Of a DNA stretch of 64,000 nt, positions 19,386 through 28,807 are shown in pieces. Below the pieces are notes generated by a model, which was not told the origin of the DNA, did not search any database, and was given only the letters and a program-made list of their open reading frames with translations. The DNA comes from a virus: IMG/VR virus record IMGVR_UViG_3300027801_001565; one strand, given 5' to 3'. Both the position numbers and the translations under genes were made by a program. The stretch's first letter is position 1; every line of letters begins with the position of its first letter.

Positions 19386-20293
19386 TTAATTACCTGCGAT
19401 AGTTTATCGGCTGCTTCTGTGTGCCACCAATCGCCTGCGTGAAACAAATCTCTTGCGTATTTGTTCACATTGAATAATATGTTTTCTTCCTCATCGTCAG
19501 AGTAGAAAACGCTCTTTAAAAACTGTTGTTTAAATACTTCCATGTCTCTATCGTATGGTCCACTAATATTAAGCCAATCGCAATTTACTTTATCCTTCAT
19601 AGGATCTGGTGAACTAATTTCTAATATAATAAGCTGTATTCCTTTATCCTTACAAATATTTTCAGCAAGTTTAAAATATATATGCTGTTCGAGTTCATCA
19701 ACACCCGTTGCTTCTCTTAAATGTAGTGACTGGATTGCGTTATCAGCCCACTCTTTCCCTCTCGTTCTTTCTATTCCTTCTCGGTACGCCAAAGTCCATG
19801 GTCCTACTGTTACCATCTTATCCTTTTCAGAAGGATCAGGTACTGAAAATAGTTGGGGTAATACTGATTGCATTATAACAGCCTTGGGGGCGTTGTAATT
19901 AGTTACAAGATTAACAAAATTATGCATCTGTTCTAAGTTACTAAACCCTGCCACACCCATATTGTAGACTGGTGTGTTAATAGTTCTTTGTAGTTTTTGT
20001 TGGAAAGTATCCTCATACGCAACACCACCGCCCTCTATGGGGCTGCTACCAAGGGTTACAATGTAGGGTTCGTATTGTATGTCCTGTAATAACTTGTCGT
20101 CTCTGAACCCGTCGCTATTGTATGTATATGTCAACTTGGACTTTGTGTTCGCATAGTTCCAAGCAATACCAAACCTTTCAGTTATTCTATCATACCATGC
20201 CTCATTGTCGGGTTCCATCCAATCATGTGCAACGTTTCTTTCATTATTCTTAACAATGAAACCATTAGGATCTAAGAAACTTTGTTGACTCAT
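19382..20293 (-). CDS. SGNH/GDSL-like protein (paralog 1)
   Basis: YNSDGFR, LGSS, YNMGVAG.SN, C-terminal DLFHAG. Confidence 0.65.
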   Translation of the reverse strand: MSQQSFLDPNGFIVKNNERNVAHDWMEPDNEAWYDRITERFGIAWNYANTKSKLTYTYNSDGFRDDKLLQDIQYEPYIVTLGSSPIEGGGVAYEDTFQQKLQRTINTPVYNMGVAGFSNLEQMHNFVNLVTNYNAPKAVIMQSVLPQLFSVPDPSEKDKMVTVGPWTLAYREGIERTRGKEWADNAIQSLHLREATGVDELEQHIYFKLAENICKDKGIQLIILEISSPDPMKDKVNCDWLNISGPYDRDMEVFKQQFLKSVFYSDDEEENILFNVNKYARDLFHAGDWWHTEAADKLSQVIK

Positions 20294-21276
20294 TTAGCTG
20301 CTCCCCACACCTCACCCCAGTCTCCTGATAAGGCGCCTCTTGCGTAATCTGTAGATCTATTCTCAAAGAAGTTTGTGTGAGTAGGAGCATTAATCATGTC
20401 CTCAACCCACAACAAAGGATTCTTCTTAACTTTAAATATGCCTTTCATCCCCATACTTATAAGTCGTCTATCTGCAATATATCTGATGTATGTCTTTACA
20501 TCTTTAGGTGTTAAGTTTTCCATATCACCCATGCTAAATGCCAAGTCGATAAACTTCTCTTCTAGTTCTACCATCTTCTCGGCTATTGTGTATATAGCAT
20601 TCTTTAGCTCATCATTCCAAAGCTCTTGGTTCTCTTCAATATAAGTTCTAAACAATTTAATCATTGACTCTGAGTGCATTGTCTCATCTACAATACTCCA
20701 TGTAATAATCTGTCCCATGCCTTTCATCTTACCGTGACGTGGGAAGTTTAACAACATAATAAAAGATGAGAACAACTGCATACCTTCTGTAAATGCTGAG
20801 AAGGCTGCAATGTTTGTAGCTACAGAAGCTGGTGTTCCGTTAGCTGCTGACAATTCCATGAAGTAATCATGCTTATCAGCCATTGTCTGATACTCTAGGA
20901 ACTCGCTGTATGTACTATCAGGCATACCCAATGTCTCAATTAAATGTGCGTAAGCAGCTACATGGAGAGCCTCTCTGGCTGCAAACCCTGACAACATCAT
21001 ACGGACTTCTGGTTGTGGGAAGTAGGGTAGGTAGTTGTTTACATACCCGCCTGCTACATCAATATCTCCTTGTACAAAGAATCTAAATATATTTGTAAGG
21101 AAAGACTTCTCAGGATCTGTTAGTCTAGATTTCCAGTCCTTGACATCATCTGCCATAGGTACTTCTGTGTGCAACCAATGTGATTGCTCATGTTTTAACC
21201 ATGCGTCATAAGCCCATGGATAATTGAACGGTTTGAAATAACTACGTTCATCTGTTAATTTTAATTTTGCCACCAT
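20290..21276 (-). CDS. nrdB: class I ribonucleotide reductase beta subunit
   Basis: REALH..AY, EGMQLFSSF, DETMH, NFFE.R.T.Y. Confidence 0.95.
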   Translation of the reverse strand: MVAKLKLTDERSYFKPFNYPWAYDAWLKHEQSHWLHTEVPMADDVKDWKSRLTDPEKSFLTNIFRFFVQGDIDVAGGYVNNYLPYFPQPEVRMMLSGFAAREALHVAAYAHLIETLGMPDSTYSEFLEYQTMADKHDYFMELSAANGTPASVATNIAAFSAFTEGMQLFSSFIMLLNFPRHGKMKGMGQIITWSIVDETMHSESMIKLFRTYIEENQELWNDELKNAIYTIAEKMVELEEKFIDLAFSMGDMENLTPKDVKTYIRYIADRRLISMGMKGIFKVKKNPLLWVEDMINAPTHTNFFENRSTDYARGALSGDWGEVWGAAK

Positions 21277-21287
21277 ATCTTCCTCTA

Positions 21288-21947
21288 CTAATTTATACCA
21301 TTGTCTATATGTCCTGCTACTGCAAAACCCTGTTCCCTTTCTTTACACCAAAAACACTCACCACATCTGCCTCGTATCATCTCTACACAAGAGTGGGATA
21401 CTTCTGATATGCCTTCTAATATACCAAGACTATATGCTAGTGTAACTATCTCATCTTTTGTCATATCTGCAAATGGTTGTCTTATAATATCTTTTATGGG
21501 TGTTCCTTCGTGCACCGCATCACTATCCCTAGATAAATTCCTATCTCCTGGTGTGTGATAACTGCATAATGTTTTGTAATTGTCTGGATAGGCATTGACG
21601 CCGGTGTAAACTATGTCTGCATATCCATCTAAAATAATCTCTCTAATACCACCCATTAACTGAGCAGCTACTTCATCTCCTTGGTAAGGTTCGTCTCTAT
21701 TCCAATCTACAGAGTCTGCATGTACTACTATTGGGTGTAATTGTTTTGTGCCATAATGATTACAACTACCCTCCAACATTTTAGTAGCATATGTTAATGC
21801 ACCGTCTACTTTAGGAACAGTAAAAGGTATACATTTTTGATTCCGTGTTAAACACTCACCGTATATAATGTGCCACATTATTGAACTGTCAAACCCGCCC
21901 GATACTACGACACCTATTGTCTTATTATGGGGAATTTCTATTCGCAT
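21288..21947 (-). CDS. QueC-like PP-loop ATPase
   Basis: SGGFDS PP-loop; HSC...CGECFWC.ER zinc site. Confidence 0.75.
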   Translation of the reverse strand: MRIEIPHNKTIGVVVSGGFDSSIMWHIIYGECLTRNQKCIPFTVPKVDGALTYATKMLEGSCNHYGTKQLHPIVVHADSVDWNRDEPYQGDEVAAQLMGGIREIILDGYADIVYTGVNAYPDNYKTLCSYHTPGDRNLSRDSDAVHEGTPIKDIIRQPFADMTKDEIVTLAYSLGILEGISEVSHSCVEMIRGRCGECFWCKEREQGFAVAGHIDNGIN

Positions 21948-22606
21948 ATTACCTCTGCTAACCTTTTAATTGACTTTGGCCCTGGGTGCATATTATCAAA
22001 GCCTCTGTCTAAGAATTCGAGATGATATAAACCCTTTGCCCAACTATATTTGTACCAACCTATTTCTAATGCAGTTGGATTTAAAACTCCAGGCGCTCGC
22101 ACCACTGGTTTTATATACCATTCAAATATCTCTGTTCTACCTTTACACATTTCTCTTACTGCCATCATATAGTCTGATGTTCTTACTAATAAAGTCTTTG
22201 GACATAGCGAAATCATATCTTTTCCCACACCCATCTCCGGGGTGATATTCGATGTCCAATGTCCTATTGCCTCTACTGATAAAACATCTGCATTTTGCTC
22301 ATTCACAACACACATTCTCCAAGGAGACGTCCATCCTATTACTACTTTCTTTGGATAACCATGTTCTGTTACATGTCGTACAAACTTTTTAAATATGTGT
22401 TCATTAGACTGTGCTGGATAACCAAAGTTATAAACCTTCTTTGCCTGTATATTTTCTAGTTGTACGTGCAGTCTATCTTCTTCATCTATTGCCTCGCCCC
22501 ATGTACAAGAATCACCGTACAAGGCTACAGAATCTGCCCACTCAACGCCTGGTCCATCGTAATGAGGGCGATGTCCTTTTATAGGAGTGTAATATAGCTT
22601 AATAAT
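21938..22606 (-). CDS. SGNH/GDSL-like protein (paralog 2), probable ATT start
   Basis: VALYGDS, YNFGYPA.SN, DNMHPG; frame open 28 codons upstream of the TTG at 22522. Confidence 0.6.
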   Translation of the reverse strand: MIKLYYTPIKGHRPHYDGPGVEWADSVALYGDSCTWGEAIDEEDRLHVQLENIQAKKVYNFGYPAQSNEHIFKKFVRHVTEHGYPKKVVIGWTSPWRMCVVNEQNADVLSVEAIGHWTSNITPEMGVGKDMISLCPKTLLVRTSDYMMAVREMCKGRTEIFEWYIKPVVRAPGVLNPTALEIGWYKYSWAKGLYHLEFLDRGFDNMHPGPKSIKRLAEVICE

Positions 22607-23186
22607 ATGCGTTCTCCTTTATACTATGATCTGTAACATCTCTTACGCCTTTAAGCTCAGGTATTGCAGCCATCAATTGGCTTTCAACCCCATGCTTTAA
22701 TGTTGCGTCTACTCCAGCACATCCTTGACATCCGCCACCAAAACTTAATACTACTATATTGTCTTCAGTTATCTCTACCAGATTACATTCACCACCATGT
22801 TGAGCGACACCAGGATTTATATCGTTATATAGAATATAATTAACTCTATCTACTAGTGTAGCATCTTCTCCTACCTGAGGCGTGCGTGCCTGTGGAGCTT
22901 TGATAGTAAGTTGTGCGTTGGTATTGTGTGTTGCATAATCTACTATTGCGTCCTCTAAGTAAGGTACACTCTTTTTATCTATGTATACCTTAAAGGTTTT
23001 GTATTGCTCAAACAAATCATCATCTAGTTCTTCACCAGGTGCCGAAAAGGCAAGACAAGTCTCTGCCCGTACCTGGCCTGCATTCTCAATAAATATTCTT
23101 ACTGCAACATCTTTAATAGTGTGTTCTGTAAGTATCTTTGTGAGGAACTCTTGTGCCTCAGCTGTTATGGTTACTGGATTTATCAT
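22599..23186 (-). CDS. nfuA: Fe-S biogenesis protein NfuA
   Basis: A-type carrier N-domain plus NifU-C domain FGGGCQGC, TLKHGVE, DVTDH. Confidence 0.9.
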   Translation of the reverse strand: MINPVTITAEAQEFLTKILTEHTIKDVAVRIFIENAGQVRAETCLAFSAPGEELDDDLFEQYKTFKVYIDKKSVPYLEDAIVDYATHNTNAQLTIKAPQARTPQVGEDATLVDRVNYILYNDINPGVAQHGGECNLVEITEDNIVVLSFGGGCQGCAGVDATLKHGVESQLMAAIPELKGVRDVTDHSIKENAYY

Positions 23187-24982
23187 TAGCCTTCACACGC
23201 TAAACATTCGCCATCTGCGATTGCTGCCATATCTAATTCCTGAATAATCTCTCGTTCGATTCGTTTACTTACTCTATCTGCTTTACCTAGTTTCTCAGAA
23301 CGGCAATAGTATAGTGTCTTAACACCTGACTTCCATGCTAGGAAATGTACTGCGTGTAGGTATTGTATATTAACATCTGGCCTGAAGAATAGATTCAAAG
23401 ACTGTGCTTGATCTATAAACTCCTGTCTATCTGCTCCATGTTCTATTAACCAACGTTGATCTATTTCCATAGATGTTTTAAATACTGCTTTCTGTTCGGG
23501 TGTTAGATGTGTTATGTGTTGTACTGATCCATCGTTTCCAATAATAGAGGACCATATTTCGTCATAATTTGTCCTAGGGTTAGCCTCACAATAATCTTTA
23601 ATAATAGCATCTAGATATTTGTTCTTATTAAGGTAAGCGCCTGACAATGTGTCTTGCCTATAGGCATTCGCCCTTAGAGGTTCAATACTAGGTGAAGTGT
23701 TACCCATTATAATACTAGAACTAGCATTAGGGGCAACAGCCATAACATGACTAAACCTTCTACCTGAGCCTTTAACATCAGGAGCCTCTCCTCGTTCTTT
23801 ACCTAGAATCTGATTAGCTTCATCTAGTCTAGTTCTAATGTGTCTGAACATTCTAATGTTAGCGCCCTTTGCTTGAGATGTTTCCCATGCCAGCTTATTC
23901 TTCTGAAGATAGGCATGGAATCCTAATGCCCCAACACCAATACTCCGTTCACGTTTCGCTGAGTATACAGCTCTCCCTACTTCCTTTGGTGCTTTCTTAA
24001 TAAAGAACTCTAATACATTGTCTAACATCTCAGCAACGTCTTTTAAAAATTGTGGTTGTTTACTCCAAGTATCGTAATATTCTAAGTTTACACTGGACAA
24101 GCAACATACTGCTGTTCGTTCCCTGTTTGTAGGTAATATAATCTCTGAACACAAATTACTCTGGTGTATTTTAAGTCCCAATGCCTTTTGCTCTGGGTTC
24201 AATGCTCTATTACTTGTATCAATATAATGGATATAGGGTTCGCCAGTTTCCATTCTTAGTTCTAATATCTTTTGCCATAGATCCTTAGCTGATACGGTGT
24301 CTTTAATCAATCCACTATGAGGATCTGTTAAGTTCCAGCCATCGTCTGCATCAGGATCTACCATACATCTTTCTATTATAGACATGAAAGCATCTGTGAT
24401 GTTTACTCCATGATGAAGGTTAGCGCATCGCATGTTAGGATCGCCTGTTCCCTTCCTCATTTCGAGGAACATCATAATATCCGGATGACTAATATCAAGA
24501 TAAGTAGCATAGCTACCGCGTCTAGTGCGCCCTTGCCTGTACGCCAAGCATGAGGCATCGTAAGTCTTAAGATGAGGCATAACCCCAGTAGACTTATCGT
24601 CGCTTGATCTAATACCAAAGCCGATGCCGACACCACCGCCAAGCATGCTAAGCCAGTTTGTTTCTGATAAATTTTCAACTAATCCCTCCGCTGTATCATC
24701 AATAAAATTTAAAAAACAGGATATCGGCATACCACGTTTAGATCTACCATATGATAAGATAGGTGTGGAGTATGATAACCAATGTTTACTACTGTAATCG
24801 TATAGTCGTTGTGCGTGTGCTTTATCAGAACCGAAAATGCTACTTACATAAGCAAAACGTTCCTGTGGAGATACTTCCTCATCCTTCATATAACTTTCTT
24901 TAAGTCTCTGTATTCCTAATATATCAAAAAGATTGTCTCTATCTAGGTCTACTGTTACTCCATGGTATTCTGCTGTCTTCAT
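23186..24982 (-). CDS. nrdA: class I ribonucleotide reductase alpha subunit
   Basis: PISCF, SNLCSEI, APNASSS, KTLYY, C-terminal CLACEG. Confidence 0.95.
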   Translation of the reverse strand: MKTAEYHGVTVDLDRDNLFDILGIQRLKESYMKDEEVSPQERFAYVSSIFGSDKAHAQRLYDYSSKHWLSYSTPILSYGRSKRGMPISCFLNFIDDTAEGLVENLSETNWLSMLGGGVGIGFGIRSSDDKSTGVMPHLKTYDASCLAYRQGRTRRGSYATYLDISHPDIMMFLEMRKGTGDPNMRCANLHHGVNITDAFMSIIERCMVDPDADDGWNLTDPHSGLIKDTVSAKDLWQKILELRMETGEPYIHYIDTSNRALNPEQKALGLKIHQSNLCSEIILPTNRERTAVCCLSSVNLEYYDTWSKQPQFLKDVAEMLDNVLEFFIKKAPKEVGRAVYSAKRERSIGVGALGFHAYLQKNKLAWETSQAKGANIRMFRHIRTRLDEANQILGKERGEAPDVKGSGRRFSHVMAVAPNASSSIIMGNTSPSIEPLRANAYRQDTLSGAYLNKNKYLDAIIKDYCEANPRTNYDEIWSSIIGNDGSVQHITHLTPEQKAVFKTSMEIDQRWLIEHGADRQEFIDQAQSLNLFFRPDVNIQYLHAVHFLAWKSGVKTLYYCRSEKLGKADRVSKRIEREIIQELDMAAIADGECLACEG

Positions 24983-25170
24983 TTATCTATCTCTTTGTTA
25001 TCTAATTCTGTTTTTAATTCTTTTATTCTAATATACGCACTTTGTAGTTGTCGCTGTAGCTCGTATACTTCATTTCTCAGGGCTCTTTCTATCATGTCTT
25101 TGGCTAGAATTGCCTGTCTATATGTCTCTTGTTCGCCGCCTAAATTTAATTTATTCAACACTTTCTCCAA
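24979..25170 (-). CDS. small coiled-coil hypothetical protein
   Basis: Overlaps both neighbours. Confidence 0.6.
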   Translation of the reverse strand: MEKVLNKLNLGGEQETYRQAILAKDMIERALRNEVYELQRQLQSAYIRIKELKTELDNKEIDK

Positions 25171-26204
25171 GCTGTATATTTTAGTTCTGCCTCTAAATTC
25201 TGGAAGGTATTATTACTTATAACATCTTCAACGTTGACTCCAGCTATAACCATTTCATTAATATCTTTAGCCTCTATACTCTCAGGCCATATAACAACCT
25301 TAATCCCATTGCGTATATGCTTTAGTAAAATATTACATACCTCAACATTATGGGGCTGATTATCTATGATAATAATATCATTATCTCCTGGTGTTATCTT
25401 ACCGAAGGCTGTGCCAGCACATGCAATACTATTTGTTAGAAATAAACTATCTAAAGGACCCTCTACTATTTTTACTGGCGTATCTTTACTTATAACATCT
25501 AAACCGAAGATGGTAGGTGAATCTTCAACTATTTTCACCATTATATATCTCAGGGAGCTGTTGCCGTAATCTCTCAAAGTAAGGCCTGTTAGTTTACCAT
25601 CTTCGCTGAAGAATGGGATAGCCAATCGAGGTTCTGTAGTTTTAATTCTATCTTTGTACTTTGGAGCTAATTGAGATATAGTACTAATATCGTCTATGTG
25701 ATATAGTCTATGCCAAACATCTTCAGGGATTTGCCTCGACTTACAGTACTCTACTGCAATGTGTGTATGTGTAGTACCACATGCCTCAGACAATTTATCT
25801 ACTCTATCCATAATACTGTCTATAAGTTTTTCTTTATTCTGCTTCCTAGCACTGAAGTCAGGAGCTTTAAAGTCAAACTCAAATACTTTCTCTGGATTGT
25901 TGTTGCCTTGTTTGCCTGTGTGGCCTGCATTGCCTTCGGTGTATCTTTCTAAGACATATTGCTTATGTAGTAAAGGATCTATTGTCTTTAAGAGATTACC
26001 AAAAGTTGTCCCTGCATCGCAATTATGGCACTTATAGAACATATCGTTACTCTTCCTATACAAGTAACCACGAGCTTTGTTTTTCTTCTTATCGCTGTCG
26101 CCACACAAGGGACACCGAAAATTAAACAGGTAGTCGTCTTTTCTCGCAAACCGCTGAAAACGGTGGGAAGACATGTTTATATATTTCAAATCTAAGTGTA
26201 ACAT
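25155..26204 (-). CDS. DNA primase (T4 gp61)
   Basis: RCPLCGDS...CHNC zinc finger; VEGPLDSLF; KDINEM. Confidence 0.95.
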   Translation of the reverse strand: MLHLDLKYINMSSHRFQRFARKDDYLFNFRCPLCGDSDKKKNKARGYLYRKSNDMFYKCHNCDAGTTFGNLLKTIDPLLHKQYVLERYTEGNAGHTGKQGNNNPEKVFEFDFKAPDFSARKQNKEKLIDSIMDRVDKLSEACGTTHTHIAVEYCKSRQIPEDVWHRLYHIDDISTISQLAPKYKDRIKTTEPRLAIPFFSEDGKLTGLTLRDYGNSSLRYIMVKIVEDSPTIFGLDVISKDTPVKIVEGPLDSLFLTNSIACAGTAFGKITPGDNDIIIIDNQPHNVEVCNILLKHIRNGIKVVIWPESIEAKDINEMVIAGVNVEDVISNNTFQNLEAELKYTAWRKC

Positions 26205-26351
26205 AAGACATATTATACGACCTTTTAGTGCTTTAGTAAAGCACCTTAGGTACCAAAAGGGTTAATTAGTTTTAAACACTATAGGAAAATGTTTGTACTT
26301 ATATGTATACTAGATTCTGTTATCTTGAATAGATAACGGTTGTATTAGTGG

Positions 26352-26837
26352 TTAGCCTGTGAAGAACTCAGAGACTGTTCCTAGTTGTGGAAAAAATATG
26401 GTAGCAGCTATTAATGCTCCAATGAGAATCCATCTCCACTGCTCCAATTTGTCGATACGTTTTTCAAGGTTTCTTTGATCGCCATTAACTTCCTTTCGTA
26501 ACTCTTGTATGGCAGTTAAGATTTTATCTTCTGTTTTCTTAATGCTGTCGCTCATGTTTCTGTGTTGCTCCAAGTTTTCTCGGGTACTGGTTGATATACG
26601 GCTGTGGAGCTCTTTTACGGCGAATTCGCCAGTCCGTACTCTCTCCCGATTTGTAGTTTCGTTTGATATAAGTCTTTCTTCATGTACTGCTAAGATTGCG
26701 CTATTAGACGTAAGCGCCTTACTAATGCTATCCATAGTCTCATCTAATTTCTGAAACAAATGGCCCATTGCAGCAATATCTGCCTTAATGGTTCCTAATT
26801 CTCTTTCAGTTTTTGCTGTAGTATTATTAGTTGTCAT
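26352..26837 (-). CDS. coiled-coil protein with C-terminal TM segment
   Basis: LAVHEER; LEQWRW followed by a hydrophobic helix. Confidence 0.7.
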   Translation of the reverse strand: MTTNNTTAKTERELGTIKADIAAMGHLFQKLDETMDSISKALTSNSAILAVHEERLISNETTNRERVRTGEFAVKELHSRISTSTRENLEQHRNMSDSIKKTEDKILTAIQELRKEVNGDQRNLEKRIDKLEQWRWILIGALIAATIFFPQLGTVSEFFTG

Positions 26838-27358
26838 GTTTTAAGTCTTTTCTTTTTACGTCTTGTTGCCATTGGCATAAGTCTAGGATCAACACCAGGT
26901 TCCCCTTGAGGACCTATTCCTATACCTGCTATACCACCACCACCAACACTATTCTCGTCTATGAAGCTTCTGAATGAAACAATATTTTGTTCTAATAATT
27001 TAGAATGTAGTATAACATTCTCATCTAGAGAATACAACTCTAACAAAGCACCAATCTCTACCCTATCATCTTCTTCTTTGTATTCCTTTAACAGAGCAAG
27101 AGCTGCTGCAAAAGATAAAAGACGTCTACCTTTAAAGTCTGAAGATTTGGTTAATGCGTATTGTACTTTAAATACAAAACGATTTAGGAATGAGTATGCG
27201 TTTTTTTCGGTTGTAGTAACAGCCTTCTTTAAATTTTTGCCACTGGCGTCGATTATACCGAGCTTATAAGCGGCAGACTGTTCTATTGGTGTAGATAAGA
27301 GTTTAAGTATCTTATATACTACAATAGTATCGAACGCTCTACCTTCCTGCAATGCCAT
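26834..27358 (-). CDS. conserved T4-like hypothetical protein
   Basis: AYKLGIIDASG, SFAAAL.LLKE, SFRSFIDE...GEPGV. Confidence 0.75.
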   Translation of the reverse strand: MALQEGRAFDTIVVYKILKLLSTPIEQSAAYKLGIIDASGKNLKKAVTTTEKNAYSFLNRFVFKVQYALTKSSDFKGRRLLSFAAALALLKEYKEEDDRVEIGALLELYSLDENVILHSKLLEQNIVSFRSFIDENSVGGGGIAGIGIGPQGEPGVDPRLMPMATRRKKKRLKT

Positions 27359-27748
27359 TTAAATTTTCCTTAGTACTGTTATTAAGTCTTCATTAAGATG
27401 CACATCATCTTGAACTCTTTTAATTCTAACACCTGCTGTATAACTCTCTGCCAGTGGTAGTCTATTTAAGAATACTAAAAATGTTTTTAAGTTGGACCAA
27501 TATTTTTCTTCTAACTTAAAAAACAACATTTCTGTTGTTGCGTTACCAAATACATTGTATAATAAAACTAAATGATTGATTACTAGTCTTTCATTAGCCT
27601 CGCCTGTTTTAGTATATCTATTTAACAAGCGTTTGAGGTATTTAAACCTCTTTAAATCATCTTCTAATTCTGCCATCCCTGTACATGAGGGATTTCTATA
27701 GTTCTTAATTGCAAATATCAAAAAATTGTCATCATTTAATTCAGTCAT
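27359..27748 (-). CDS. conserved T4-like hypothetical protein
   Basis: ELNDDNF..FAIKNY.NP.C...DLKRFKY...NHL..LYNVFG. Confidence 0.8.
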   Translation of the reverse strand: MTELNDDNFLIFAIKNYRNPSCTGMAELEDDLKRFKYLKRLLNRYTKTGEANERLVINHLVLLYNVFGNATTEMLFFKLEEKYWSNLKTFLVFLNRLPLAESYTAGVRIKRVQDDVHLNEDLITVLRKI

Positions 27749-27754
27749 TTATTT

Positions 27755-28201
27755 TTAACTCACCGTTGCGCTTCCTCCAATGAAGAACCACTTGCTAAGG
27801 CCTGTATCGTACAACATTGTTGCCGAGTTACCTGCTGCTGAGAAAGCCACATTGTTCTGTACGTTAGCTCCTTGCAATGTCAAAGTATGTGATCCAGTAT
27901 TGGAAGACATTATAATAATTTTAATTTGTCCGTCGAGACCGGTACCTATTGTAAGGTTGCCGGCGCCGTCGGGATTGTGTATGTAGGTGACGTTTGTTGT
28001 CGTTGCCACAATTCCTATCGTTGTAATAGTATCGTGATCGCCAACTTGGATAGAATTTGTAAACTGAACTGGCGTTGATATATTGCCAAACAGATTTTGG
28101 ACAGTAATAGACTTTGAAGTACTACTCTGTACAAGATATGTTAGATCAGCTGCCGCTGCTGTAGTAGCAGCGGTTAATTCTGAGATCTTAGCGTCTGCCA
28201 T
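27755..28201 (-). CDS. putative virion structural protein
   Basis: MADAKISELTAAT start; Thr/Gly/Ala-rich beta-type composition. Confidence 0.7.
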   Translation of the reverse strand: MADAKISELTAATTAAAADLTYLVQSSTSKSITVQNLFGNISTPVQFTNSIQVGDHDTITTIGIVATTTNVTYIHNPDGAGNLTIGTGLDGQIKIIIMSSNTGSHTLTLQGANVQNNVAFSAAGNSATMLYDTGLSKWFFIGGSATVS

Positions 28202-28210
28202 GATTTATCC

Positions 28211-28795
28211 TTACGCTACGACTGTTAATGTACCAGCTGCTGTACCAATACCCGCTACACTTGTGATAGTAGAAACTTGAGCTTTTCCTTTATCTTTAAT
28301 TGTACCTGAGTTTAGTCCAAGAGCATTAGCACCTATGCTTAATACATCGTCTGCGTTTGTAGCTGCGTCTGCTGCTGCTACTACTAGTGAGAATGTAAGT
28401 TCATTTGAACCTGTTCCACTAGCGTATGATAGTAAGTGTGGTCCACGACCTGTGCCTGTACCTTCGTTGCCGTTGGTTACTGATACTTGTGGTGTTCCTG
28501 TTACATCTACTGATTCGTTGAATCTTACTAGAGCTGAAAGCGTAAAGCCTGCTGACTTATCTGCTGCTGTTGTAATCCATTCAATCTGTGTAATATCCGC
28601 TGCGCCTACTTTAGTTGCAAGTGACGACATAGCTACTAAAACCTCAGAGTCGGCAGTTGTTCTACCGTTACCTGTTTGTTTAGAACCTGCTTCCACTTCC
28701 CAACCACGGGCTGTAGCAAATATTTCTTTTTTCTGAGCGGTTGTAAGATACTTAGGCTTACTTTCGTCCGCGTCTGTTGCTCCCCAATTTGACAT
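28211..28795 (-). CDS. putative virion structural protein (Ig-like)
   Basis: WG.TD.DESKPK; F.E.V.VTGTP...Y.SGTGS..LTF. Confidence 0.7.
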   Translation of the reverse strand: MSNWGATDADESKPKYLTTAQKKEIFATARGWEVEAGSKQTGNGRTTADSEVLVAMSSLATKVGAADITQIEWITTAADKSAGFTLSALVRFNESVDVTGTPQVSVTNGNEGTGTGRGPHLLSYASGTGSNELTFSLVVAAADAATNADDVLSIGANALGLNSGTIKDKGKAQVSTITSVAGIGTAAGTLTVVA

Positions 28796-28807
28796 ATTTT
28801 TCTCCTA

